NCBI GenBank assembly: GCA_963842685.1
Contig: CAWJHT010000041.1
Coordinates: 18,282 to 82,281 of the forward strand
Length of the DNA: 64,000 bases
Origin: an uncultured delta proteobacterium
GTDB taxonomy: Bacteria > Desulfobacterota > Syntrophia > Syntrophales > UBA5619
Direction: 5' to 3'
The notes beneath the pieces are model-generated. The model had not been told where the DNA came from, ran no database searches, and saw only the letters and a list, made by a program, of their open reading frames with translations. Within the stretch, counting starts at the first letter, position 1. The number at the start of each line of letters is the position of its first letter. This document shows, piece after piece, positions 1 to 9,461 of the stretch. Position numbers and translations under genes: made by a program.

Positions 1-842
1 GTTCGAGGACCTCCGCCTTCAATTCCTCCAGGGCGGCTTCGAGGCCCTGCAGGTGCGTCCGGACCTCCGTCTCCCTGTTTTTGAGCGCATTTTTCGCCTC
101 TTCCCGGGAGGTCCGGCGGCGGAGAGGTCGGCATAGGTCTGGAGGGCGACGGTCAGCTCGGCCTCCTTCACCGCCTTCTTCAGGGCCTTGTACTGCTCCG
201 CCTTCTTCGCCTGGCGGGAGATCGCGTCGAGCTGCGTCTTGACCTCGCGGATGATGTCGTTCAGGCGGAGCAGGTTCTGCTGGGTCGCCTCCATCTTCCG
301 GACGGCCGACTCCTTCCGGCTCTTGTACTTGGAGATGCCGGCGGCCTCCTCGATGAACTGCCGCCGCTCTTCCGGCTTCGCCTCGACCAGGGAGGCGACG
401 CTGTTCTGCTCGACGAGGGAGTAGGTCCGGGCGCCGACCCCCGTGCCCATGAAAAATTCCCGGACGTCCAGCAGGCGGCAGGGAATCTTGTTGATCGTGT
501 ATTCGCTTTCCCCGTCGCGGAAGAGGCGCCGGGTGATCATCATCTCGCTGCACTCCGCGTAGTCCCGGGGAATTGCTGCTCATCCGCCGTGAGCATCATG
601 GAGACCTCGGCCATCCCGACGGGGGCGGCCTCTTCCGAGCCGTTGAAGATCACGTCGTCCATCTTCTTCCCGCGGAGCGTCTTGACCCGCTGCTCGCCCA
701 TGACCCAGCGGATCGCATCGGCGATGTTGCTCTTGCCGCAGCCGTTCGGGCCGACGATGCCGCTGATCCCGGGGGAGAAATCGACGACGACCTTTTCCAG
801 GAAGGATTTGAAACCGGTGATTTCCAGCTTCTTGAGTCTCAT
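1..842 (-). pseudogene. smc: Chromosome segregation protein SMC, 5' part (gene runs off the window start); frame broken twice
   Basis: MRLKKLEITGFKSF...GPNGCGKSN Walker A in ORF 540..920. It continues in ORF 19..543 (FMGTGVGARTYSLVEQ, coiled coil) and then in a third frame (LRRRTSREEAKNALKNRETEV...). Frame changes near ~541 and ~125. Confidence 0.85.
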
Positions 843-1063
843 CTTCTCTAAAATCCGTCGAGTAGCAAAATTTTGACGGATTCTAACAGAAGAAAAGGGG
901 CTTGTAAAGAAAAAATACAATGGAATGTGGCGCAGGGGAAATTAACCACAATATATAGTGGATTATAGAAATGAATAGGCATCTGAAGTAAAAAAATCTA
1001 TAGGTGGTGATCGATGTCTCGGGTGGAGAAAAGTGGCGAAACTTGAATAAGCACTGGAATAGT

Positions 1064-1902
1064 CTATTTATTTTTTAGAGGTTTCCATTTTTCGGAAATG
1101 ATTTTCCACTCATTGTTTTCGTTGATCCAGATGAGGGTTTTTATGCCTTTATCCGTTAATCCGGTACTCTTGTGATGTTGAATAAAAGTGGCTACAGCAT
1201 GGTGATCCTTAACGGATATCGTTAAATCCTGAATGTTTATTAAAATATTACCGGACCTCTGGAAATTTTTCTTTTTATTGTCAAGCCAAGTTTGGCGGTC
1301 GAATTTTCCCGTGTGAAACACAGGACTGTAAAAGGCTTTATAGGCACTGATATCCTTTTGCTCCCAGGCCGTTTTCCAATGAGAAATGGTATTTTGTATG
1401 ATTTTTTCAATATCGGTATTTTGATTTTTTTTCTCTTTAAAATCTGAATAAAAAGCAGTTTGAACTTTCTCTGCCGTCGTTGGTTTCGTTGACCTGCTGT
1501 CTGGCGGCGAATTCAATTCTGCAAGGGGTGAGGTAAGGGGGGACAAGGTTTTTCCGGGGACTGCGGTTGAATAATGGTTTCTTCTTGACTGAGAGCCGGT
1601 TTGGGCTCCGGTTTTACCAATTCGGAGTTTCTCAAAAGATAAAAAATACCTCCGGTTGCGATGATGCCTGTGATTAAATGAGTGAAAGGAAAAATCGGGG
1701 GGTTCTTCACCATTGTGTTGTTCATCAGATCCACTTGTATTATTTCGGAGGTTTTATTATCTTCGAGGGTGGTATTTTTGCTGCTGATGTTATATAGCTG
1801 TTTCGGGGAGAATAGTTTTTGTTGTTCTTTTTTTTCTTGTTTAATTATTGCAGTAGACCCTCCCGATGAGTTGTTTATGATGCGCCGAGCAGCCCCTTTC
1901 AA
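1064..1902 (-). pseudogene. Membrane-anchored protein with a C-terminal NTF2/SnoaL-like domain; two ORF pieces (1513..1902, 1064..1546)
   Basis: The N-terminal piece has one hydrophobic helix (ITGIIATGGIFYLL). The C-terminal piece resembles the C-terminal domain of the L,D-transpeptidase at 23543..24905 (HWKTAWEQKD...YKAFYS). The pieces overlap at a G6/C6 run (1537..1542). The region is visibly AT-rich. Confidence 0.5.
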
Positions 1903-3298
1903 TGCCCGAGAACCGTCTTCTGGTACAGGTCGTCGAAGGCGCCCTGCGGATCGTATTTCGCCTTGAGCTTCCGGTAGGCATCGCCGTTGTAGATGCGCCA
2001 GAATTCGTCTTCGGGGAAGAAGGATTGCGAATAGAGCGACTTGCGGCCGCCGAGCTCCTGGACGATGCGTTCGATGCGGCGGTTGAAATGCCCGGCGGCC
2101 TTGTCCGAAGAGGTCCGGACGCTTCCCCAGAACCCGAAGTTCAGGTAGAGCGCGCCCGGTTTCATGGCAAAAAGGGTCCAGTCCGCGGCGGCGTCAAGGG
2201 GGCGCAGCGGGCAGATCCAGCAGGGCCGGATGTCGATCTCGCGAAAATAGAAGTCGAGGAATTCCGGCGACTTTCTCGATGGGGATCTCGACATCCTGGA
2301 TCACCTGTTCGAACCGCTCGACGGGCATGTGCAGGACTTTGCGGATCGCATGTGACCCGTTCCTCGATCTTCCATCTCTCGGTACAGGGATTGGATCTTC
2401 CAGTAGGAGCTGGAACGCAGCATCCAGCGCCCGAACAGACGGCGCAGCAGGGGATTCTGCATGCCGAAGCTCCGCGAACACCAGAACCAGTCGGGATCCC
2501 ATCGCCAGAGGAAATCCCGCATGGTCAGGAGATCCTCGGTGCGGCTCTGCAGGGATCGGTAGTAGATCTGCATCCCCTTGTAGTCGCTGACCGGGCCGCG
2601 CTTCGTGGGTGAGCCGCGCCGTGGTGAGGACGAAGTCGCCGGGGGCGAAGGCGACCCCCTCGACGAAGTCCGGCGCATCGGGACCCTGTGCGCAGGCCGC
2701 TACCAGCGCGGACGAGAAATGGCGCGCGGTCGGTGAAGCGCCGGTGGGTGAGCGCGACAAAGGGACGGCACGGCAGGAGCTTCACGCGCAGGCGAAGGAT
2801 GTAGCCGAGGGTTCCGTAGGAATTCGGGATGGCATGGAAGAGGTCCGCGTTCTCGTTGTCGGGACGGCAGACGCGGATGGTTCCGTCGCCGCAGAGGATT
2901 TCCATCTCCTCGACCGTCTCGTGCACGAGCCCGTACCGGAACGAAGACGCTTCGATGCCGAGCCCGGAGACCGCACCGCCGACGGTGATGGTCTTGAGCT
3001 CCGGAACCACGGGCGGACGCAGGCCCTTCGGGAGCGTCGCATCGGCGAAGTCCTCGAAGGTGGTCATCCCCTCCACTTCGGCGATCCGGCGTTCCGGATC
3101 GATCTCGATGACCCGGCTGAGGCGTCGGACGTCGAGCTTTTGGGCTGCGGCTTCGGTGCGGGTGCGGAACAGGTTCGAGGTCTTCTTCGCCAGGCGGACC
3201 CGGCCGCCCGCCCGGCTCGCCATGGCGCGGGACAGTTCCCGGCAGGTCCTGCGATAGGATTCCCAGCTGTCGAAGAGGTCGGGCGGATTCCGGTTCAT
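1899..3298 (-). pseudogene. FAD-binding (PCMH/FAD_binding_4, DHCR24-like) oxidoreductase; at least four frame breaks
   Basis: MNRNPPDLF...TITVGGAVSGLGIEASSFRYGLVHETVEEMEILCGDGTIRVCRPDNENADLFHAIPNSYGTLGYILRLRVKL. Continues through ORFs 2194..2760, 2301..2678 and 1899..2294 (...YRKLKAKYDPQGAFDDLYQKTV). Confidence 0.75.
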
Positions 3299-4418
3299 CA
3301 ACGGACGCCTTTTCCATCCGCCGCGGATGCCGTCCTTCGAGAGCACCAACTGCCAGAGCTGGATTTGCCGGCTGCGAAATGCGCCCGCGCAGGAGAGGAG
3401 GTAATACCGCCACATGCGGTAGAAACGTTCGCCGTATTCCTCGGAGAAGCGCGGCCAGGACTTTTCGAAGTTCGCATGCCAGGCCATCAGGGTGCGGTCA
3501 TAGTCGGCGCCGAAGCTGTGCCAGTCTTCCAGGACAAAGAGGTCATCCATGGCCTGACCGAGCTGCGCGACCGAGGGCAGCATGCCGCCCGGGAATATGT
3601 AGCGGTCGATCCAGGCATCCGTGTGAGTGACGGAACGGTTTCTGCCGATGGTGTGCAGCAGGAAAATCCCGCCCGGTTTGAGGCAGCGGTGGGCGAGTTC
3701 GAGGAAACTCCGGTAGTTCTTGTAGCCGACATGCTCGCACAGGCCGATCGCGGCGACCTTGTCGAAGACGCCCGTGGCTTCCCGGTAGTCCTGGAGGCGA
3801 AATTCCACGGGGAGGCCTTTGCACTTGGCCCGGGCCCATTCGACCTGCGCGGCGGAAATGTTGTATGCAATCACCTCCACGCCGTAGTGTTCCGCCGCAT
3901 AGCGCGCGAAACCGCCCCACCCGCATCCGAGCTCGAGGACCTTCTCGCCGGGCGCGAGGGCCAGTTTACGGCAGATGAGGTCGAGCTTGGCCTCCTGGGC
4001 GGCGGCAAGATCCCCGGCGGTCCCGTTCCAGTAGGCGCAGGTGTACTGCATGTAGGGATCGAGCATCGCCTCGTAGAAGGCATTGCCGATGTCGTAGTGG
4101 ACCTTGGCGACCTTGAGCGAGCGTCGCTTGCTCTGCCCGTTGAGAAGCTTCGCCTTGGCCACTTCGACGAGCATGGCGGGGGTGGGGCGGATTTTCCGGT
4201 CGTGGTGGGCGGTCAGCACCCGGTCGAAGAACTGGTCCAGGGCTTCGCAGTCCCACATGCCGTCCATGTAGGATTCCCCGAGGCCGAGCGAAACGTCGTC
4301 GGCAGATGCGCTCGTAGGTGGCCTCATCGTGGCATTGCATATCCCACGGCCGCCCGCCGTTGATGCGGATATCCGCCTGGTCGAAGAGAGTCGCGATCAA
4401 GTCTGGCAGTTTGGACAT
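3296..4418 (-). pseudogene. cfa: Cyclopropane-fatty-acyl-phospholipid synthase family SAM methyltransferase; frame break near ~4320
   Basis: Alignable by eye along its length to E. coli Cfa: LGLGESYMDGMWDCE, MLDPYMQYTCAYW, VLELGCGWGG, GIFLLHTIG, YIFPGGMLPS, DWHSFGADYDRTLMAW, FRSRQIQLWQLVLS. The N-terminus is in ORF 3966..4418. Confidence 0.85.
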
Positions 4419-4644
4419 GCGTTCCTCCTCTCTTCTGAGTCAAGCAGGGCGGCATTGCCCGGTGAAACAGGCTGATGTGTAATCTTTACACCGTAAATAT
4501 ACCGGGAAGGAGAGGGCGGGTCAAGGAAATTTGGTTGCCGGGAAATATCCGATTGAAAGATCCTCTTAAAGGATTTATGATTATCAACCACTAAGCCATT
4601 GACTCGATGCTCGGTTCGGAAATAGAGAGGAGGCAATCGTTCCC

Positions 4645-5799
4645 ATGGAGAAACATCTGGTTTTTGTCGGCGGGGGGCATGCCCATCTGCTCTCGCTGAA
4701 AAATCTTGCCTGCTTCACGGGTCTGGGTCACCGTGTCACGCTGGTGAGCTCCTCCCCCTATCACTATTATTCCGGAATGGGACCCGGCATGCTCTCCGGG
4801 ATTTACCATCCCTGGGAGGCACGCTTTCATGTAAAAAAGCTTGCCGAGGATCGGGGGGCAGCCTTTATCGAGGGGAAGGCCGTCAAAGTGGACCCCGCTC
4901 AGCGCCTTATTTTTTTAGCCTCCGGCGAGACGGTTCATTACGACGTCGCGTCCTTCAACACGGGAAGCGACGTTCCCGTCGAGAGGCTGGTCACAAAACC
5001 GGAAGATAATCTATTTCCCGTAAAGCCTGTGCTCCATCTCCTCAAGGCCCGGCAAACCATTGTGAAGGCGATCAGAGAAGGCAGGTCGCTGCGGCTCGCC
5101 GTTGTGGGAGGAGGTCCGGCAGGCGTTGAAGTTTCGGCCAATCTGCTGAGACTCCTGAAGGATAGTCGGGGTAAGGGAGAAATCACCCTGATCGCGGCAA
5201 AAAAACTGCTGGACGGCGCACCCGACAAGGCGCGCCGTCTGGCGGTGGAGTCGCTTACCGGCAGGGGAGTCCGGGTCATCGAAGGGGCTCAGGTGAAGGC
5301 CGTTGAAAGGCAAAAAATCCTCTTGAACGATGGAGAAGATATTGCCCTGGACATCGCCTTTATCGCCATAGGCATTCGACCTTCTGCTCTTTTTCGCGAC
5401 TCTGGGATTCCCACGGGACCGGACGGAGGAATGCTGGTCAATTCCCACCTCCAGAGCGTGGCCTATCCGGATCTCTTTGGGGGCGGGGACTGCATCAGTT
5501 TGGAAGGACGTCAACTGGCCAAGGTCGGCGTCTATGCGGTGAGGGAAAACCCCATTCTTTTCCATAATCTCACGTCGGCGCTGGAAGGGGGGACGATGAA
5601 CGTCTTTTCGCCTCAATCGCATTACCTGCTGATCTTAACATGGGGAATGGAAGGGGCATTTACTGGAAAAAGGGCTGGGTATGGGAAGGCAGGCTGGCGT
5701 TCCTGCTGAAGGACTACATCGACCGGAAGTTTATGAGGGAATTTCAACTCTCCGGAGAGCTCGATGAGCAATCGGACATCGTTGAAGAAGGAGGATAGA
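4645..5799 (+). pseudogene. FAD-dependent pyridine nucleotide-disulfide oxidoreductase (NDH-2-like); frame break near ~5650
   Basis: N-terminal dinucleotide fold LVFVGGGHAHL and a second one, LAVVGGGPAGVE. The C-terminal tail is recovered in another frame (WKKGWVWEGRLAFLLKDYIDRKFMREFQLSGEL...), ending near 5799. Confidence 0.75.
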
Positions 5800-5810
5800 G
5801 GAGTGGCGCG

Positions 5811-6650
5811 ATGGATATATTGAATTACTTCAAACCCGTTTCGACCTGGTCGGCGGAAAAGATCCGCAAATTTATAAAGGATAAAAATCCGGAAGCCTAT
5901 AATCTGATCGATGTGAGAACCCCCAAGGAGTATGAAAAGGGTCATCTCCCCGGTGCGCGGCTGATCCCCCTGGGTGAACTCGCGGATCGCCTTTCCGAAG
6001 TGGACCCCGCTAAACCGACCCTTGTCTACTGAGCTGCGGGATTACGCAGCCGGGCGGCTGCCGCCACATTTTCGGGAGCGGGATTCAAGGAGGTCTTCAG
6101 CATGGAAGGGGGGATCAATGCCTGGAAAGGGCTGGTGGCGGAGGGAAACCCGCAATCAGGCATGGCCTATTTCCCTCCGGCTGCAGGACCGGAGGAGTTA
6201 ATGGCCCTGGCGTGGTTTCTGGAAGAGGGATCGCGAAAGTTCTACACGGAACTGGCGGCAACACTGACGGACAAGGAGGCGAGGGATCTTTACGGGCAAC
6301 TGTCCGAAGCGGAAGAGAACCACAAGGCCGCCCTTCTTAACCTGTATAACGAGAGCCCCGACAGGCCGCCCGGTTTGAAGTTCCCGTGGGGACTGATTTC
6401 CGATGGAAGGCAAGACGATGTGATGGAAGGGGGTATGCGTGTCGGTGAGGCGCTGCAATGGGCGAAGGGAAAAAAGACGACCGACGTCCTGGAGCTCTCC
6501 CTCTCCCTGGAAACCAATGCGTACGATCTCTACCTCAACATGGAACGCAGGACGGAAGCGAAGCAGGCGGCACAGGTCTTTCATGTGCTGGCCGGCGAGG
6601 AAAAGCAGCACCTCGAACGATTGGGCCTTCTGCTCGAAAAAAAGATCTAG
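5811..6650 (+). CDS. Rhodanese domain fused to a ferritin/rubrerythrin-like domain; in-frame UGA (6030..6032) at the catalytic Cys position, candidate selenocysteine
   Basis: ORFs 5811..6032 and 6102..6650 are in the same frame. Read-through gives TLVY-[UGA]-AAGLRSRAAAATF, which matches the rhodanese active-site loop Y-C-x-x-G-x-R-S. Downstream there are ExxH-type motifs (EAEENH, GEEKQH). Confidence 0.7.
6033..6061 (+). promoter_or_regulatory. Candidate bacterial SECIS hairpin(s) immediately 3' of the UGA
   Basis: Two mutually exclusive perfect 6-bp hairpins. GCUGCG-GGAUUA-CGCAGC lies at 6033..6050. GCAGCC-GGGC-GGCUGC lies at 6046..6061, with a G-rich apical loop about 20 nt after the UGA. 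Confidence 0.5.
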
Positions 6651-6780
6651 GCGCGGCCGGGTCGGAAACCACCGAAATGGAAGATTGGAGAAAATGATGG
6701 AGACCGAATGGAAATCGAATCCAGATATTATCATAACGATGCAGGAGCTGACTAATTCAACATCAGGTGGAGGTAATCCG

Positions 6781-7345
6781 ATGATAAAAAAAGTCTGGTC
6801 CTTTTAGGGAGTCCGAGAAGAAAAGGGAATAGCGCCATTTTGGCAGAGCAGATCACAAGGGAGCGAAATCGGGAAAAGCAAAGGTTGAAACCATTTATTT
6901 ACATGGGAAGAACATTGCTCCCTGCAAAGCCTGCATGAGCTGCCAAAAGAAAGGCAGCAAGGGCTGTTCCATCCAGGATGACATGCAGGAGATCTATCCA
7001 AAGCTCATTGAAGCGGACGCCTGGGTAATCGCCAGTCCCGTTTACTGGTTTACGATGTCCGCCCAGACCAAGATCTTCATGGATCGGTGTTTTGCGCTAC
7101 CCGCCTATCATAAAGATCCCTTCCGGGGTAAACGGATCGCCATCGCCATGACGTACGGTGACGAAGATCCTTTTACGTCCGGGTGCGTCAATGCCTTGAG
7201 GACTTTTCAGGATGCCTATGGATATACGGAATCCCCGATTGTAGGGATGGTCTATGGGAGCGCCATGGATGCCGGTCGGATCCGATCCAACGAAAAGGTG
7301 ATGCAGGAAGCTTTCGATCTGGGGAAAAAGCTGGTGGCGGAATGA
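6781..7345 (+). pseudogene. Iron-sulfur flavoprotein / NADPH-dependent FMN reductase-like flavodoxin-fold protein; two frame breaks (~6795, ~6855)
   Basis: MIKKV(LVLLGSPRRKGNSAILAEQIT)...ETIYLHGKNIAPCKACMSCQKKGSKGC shows a compact CxxCxxCx7C motif. It is followed by ADAWVIASPVYWFTMSAQTKIFMDR. Confidence 0.7.
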
Positions 7346-7385
7346 TTCTTGTCCATATGTGATCGGGATCAGCAGATGGCCCTGA

Positions 7386-7649
7386 TTACTTCAACTCCCA
7401 GGGCAGTTCGCCTTCGTCATAGGAGCGGGAGAGAATCTCTCTTGCCCTTTCCCAGTCGGCGACCGGAACGAGGATCCGGACCTCCCCCAGGCCGTCGATG
7501 GTGATCGCGTAGATCGCACCGGCGGCTTCGTAGTGCAGCTTCGTCGGGATGCCTTCGCTTTCCAGCCTTCCGGCGATAAGGTTCGCCTGGGTCATGCCGG
7601 AGGCGGTGGCCACCGCCTCCCAGAACACAGCGTCTGTTTCATCCATCAT
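7386..7649 (-). CDS. DUF2007-like small protein (putative signal-transducing protein)
   Basis: Intact 87-aa ORF: ANLIAGRLESEGIPTKL...WERAREIL. Confidence 0.6.
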   Translation of the reverse strand: MMDETDAVFWEAVATASGMTQANLIAGRLESEGIPTKLHYEAAGAIYAITIDGLGEVRILVPVADWERAREILSRSYDEGELPWELK

Positions 7650-7656
7650 TTCGTCC

Positions 7657-8682
7657 TCAGCGGAAGATCCCGTGCAGGGGGGCGCCGCAGTGGGGGCATG
7701 CCGACCCCTTCAGGTCCAGCCGTTCGACGGCAAATCCGGAACGGCCGATCAGGATGCGGCCGCAGCGGTCGCAGAGCGTATTTTCACCGGCGTCGCCGGG
7801 GAGGTTCCCGCAGTAGATGTATTTCAGACCGGCGGCTTTGCCGATCTCGGCGGCCCGATGGATGGAGGCCGCGGGTGTTATCGGCGTATTCGTCATTTGG
7901 TACTGGGGATGGAAACGGCTGATGTGCCAGGGGGTTTCCGCTCCGAGGGAGAAGAGGAATCCGGCGATGTCGCGGAGCTCCTCCTCGTCGTCGTTCAGAC
8001 CGGGGATGAGGAGGGTGGTCACTTCGACCCAGATCCCGAGTTCCTTCATCCTCTTGAGGCTGTCGAGGACCGGTTGCAGCCGCGCCCCGCACTCCTTTTT
8101 GTAGAAATCGTCGCGAAAGGACTTGAGATCCACGTTCGCCGCATCGAGGCGGGGGGCCAGGAGCTCCAGCGTCTCTCCCGTCATATACCCGTTGGTGACA
8201 AAGACGTTCTTCAACCCCTGCTCCCGGGCGATGCCGGCGGTGTCCCAGGCGAATTCGAAGTAGATGGTCGGTTCCGTATAGGTGTAGGAGATGCTGCTGC
8301 AGCCGCTCAGCCGCGCCTGTTCCACGATCTTCGCCGGGGTCCTTTCCCGCCCGATGATGCGGTTTTCTTCCCGCGGCAGCTGCGAAATCTCGTGATTCTG
8401 ACAGAAGGTGCAGCGGAAATTGCACCCCGCCGTGGCGATGGAGAAGGAACGGGAACCGGGCAGGAAATGGAAGAGGGGCTTTTTCTCGATGGGGTCGACG
8501 TTTTCGGCGATGACCCTCCCGTAGACGAGGCTGTAGAGGACACCCTCGCGGTTCTCCCGGACGCCGCAGATCCCCCGGGCGCCGGCATCGATCCGGCAGC
8601 GGTGGGCGCAGAGCGCGCATCTCACCCGGAGGTCCTTTTCCTTTTCATACAGAAGCGCTTCATGAACCATTTTTCCACTCAC
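7657..8682 (-). CDS. amrS: AmmeMemoRadiSam-system-type radical SAM enzyme (PflA-like activase family)
   Basis: Intact ORF. N-terminal CxxCxxxC...C zinc-ribbon-like Cys motif, radical SAM motif GCNFRCTFCQN and a C-terminal CDRCG...CPHCG motif. The start may instead be the Met at 8670. Confidence 0.8.
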   Translation of the reverse strand: MSGKMVHEALLYEKEKDLRVRCALCAHRCRIDAGARGICGVRENREGVLYSLVYGRVIAENVDPIEKKPLFHFLPGSRSFSIATAGCNFRCTFCQNHEISQLPREENRIIGRERTPAKIVEQARLSGCSSISYTYTEPTIYFEFAWDTAGIAREQGLKNVFVTNGYMTGETLELLAPRLDAANVDLKSFRDDFYKKECGARLQPVLDSLKRMKELGIWVEVTTLLIPGLNDDEEELRDIAGFLFSLGAETPWHISRFHPQYQMTNTPITPAASIHRAAEIGKAAGLKYIYCGNLPGDAGENTLCDRCGRILIGRSGFAVERLDLKGSACPHCGAPLHGIFR

Positions 8683-9433
8683 TTACGACCCCCGGTACCG
8701 GTTGCCTGCCGTCCGCATTCAGTGCGACGGGCTCCCGGATGGTCTGCTGGATCGTCTGAAAGGAGAAGGTGACGGAGAAGGAGAGGCCGAAGAAGGCGCC
8801 GAAGGGATTTTTCATCGCGGGGATCCGCTCTTCCAGACCGGCGCCGAAGGGATATCCGCCCCAGGGGAGGAAAATGACGCTTCCCCATTGGACCCGGACC
8901 CCCTGAAGCTGACTCCGGATCATGGTTGTCAGTCGGGCGAGATGGAAGTAACGGATCTTCGTATGGGGCGATGGATTGAAAAGGCTCGTCAGGCGCCCCT
9001 GGGCGCCGATCAACGAGTAGCGGTTCATCACCCCGATGAAGACCCGCCCCCGGCAGACGCGGATCGCCTCTGCGACGGCCAGGTCCGGATCGTCGGTGAA
9101 TTCGAGGGAGGTGATCAGGGTGACGATGTCGAACTCGTTGTCGGAGAAGGGGAGGTCTTCCGCCCGTCCCTGGCGGAGGTCGGCGCGGTGCTCGAGCCGC
9201 TGCCTGGCCTGATCGAGCATGAGGGAGGAAGGATCGAGGCCCGTCACATCGCATCCCTTCTTCCTGAAGAGGCTGAGATGATCGCCGCTGCCGCAGCCGA
9301 TGTCGAGGAGCCGTTCGCCGGCCCTGGGCGCGGTCAGGTCGAGGATGAGGCTCTTGATCCTCCCGTCGAGATAGCGGCCGGTCCGCGTCGCCTGCCAGTC
9401 TTCATGGACGCTGCCATTTCCCATCGCCGTCAA
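8660..9433 (-). CDS. Class I SAM-dependent methyltransferase
   Basis: Motif I LLDIGCGSGDH, then CDVTGLDPS and FDIVTLITSLEF. Confidence 0.8.
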   Translation of the reverse strand: MTAMGNGSVHEDWQATRTGRYLDGRIKSLILDLTAPRAGERLLDIGCGSGDHLSLFRKKGCDVTGLDPSSLMLDQARQRLEHRADLRQGRAEDLPFSDNEFDIVTLITSLEFTDDPDLAVAEAIRVCRGRVFIGVMNRYSLIGAQGRLTSLFNPSPHTKIRYFHLARLTTMIRSQLQGVRVQWGSVIFLPWGGYPFGAGLEERIPAMKNPFGAFFGLSFSVTFSFQTIQQTIREPVALNADGRQPVPGVVSEWKNGS

Positions 9434-9461
9434 CCTTCTTCGTTACTGTGAAAACGAAAGA

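Noticed and set aside
3290-3310. Apparent in-frame fusion of Cfa with the FAD oxidoreductase (no stop between them in ORF 2525..4327).
   Set aside because: The junction is ...TGG AAAA GG CGT CCG TTG ATG AAC. With one A fewer, Cfa ends ...GGWKGVR followed by TGA TGA overlapping the ATG of the reductase. Given the indel load of this sequence, two adjacent overlapping genes is the simpler reading.
2609-4363. Very long ORFs antisense to recognised genes. Examples: 2609..4363(+), 7549..8772(+), 13921..15168(+), 20957..22258(+), 23883..24881(-), 35243..36883(-) and 58534..59109(+).
   Set aside because: They lie opposite clearly conserved genes (cfa, radical SAM, atpA, mreC, the L,D-transpeptidase, the prpD family, hlyD). 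They have Arg/Gly/Pro/Asp-rich, motif-free translations typical of shadow ORFs in high-GC DNA.
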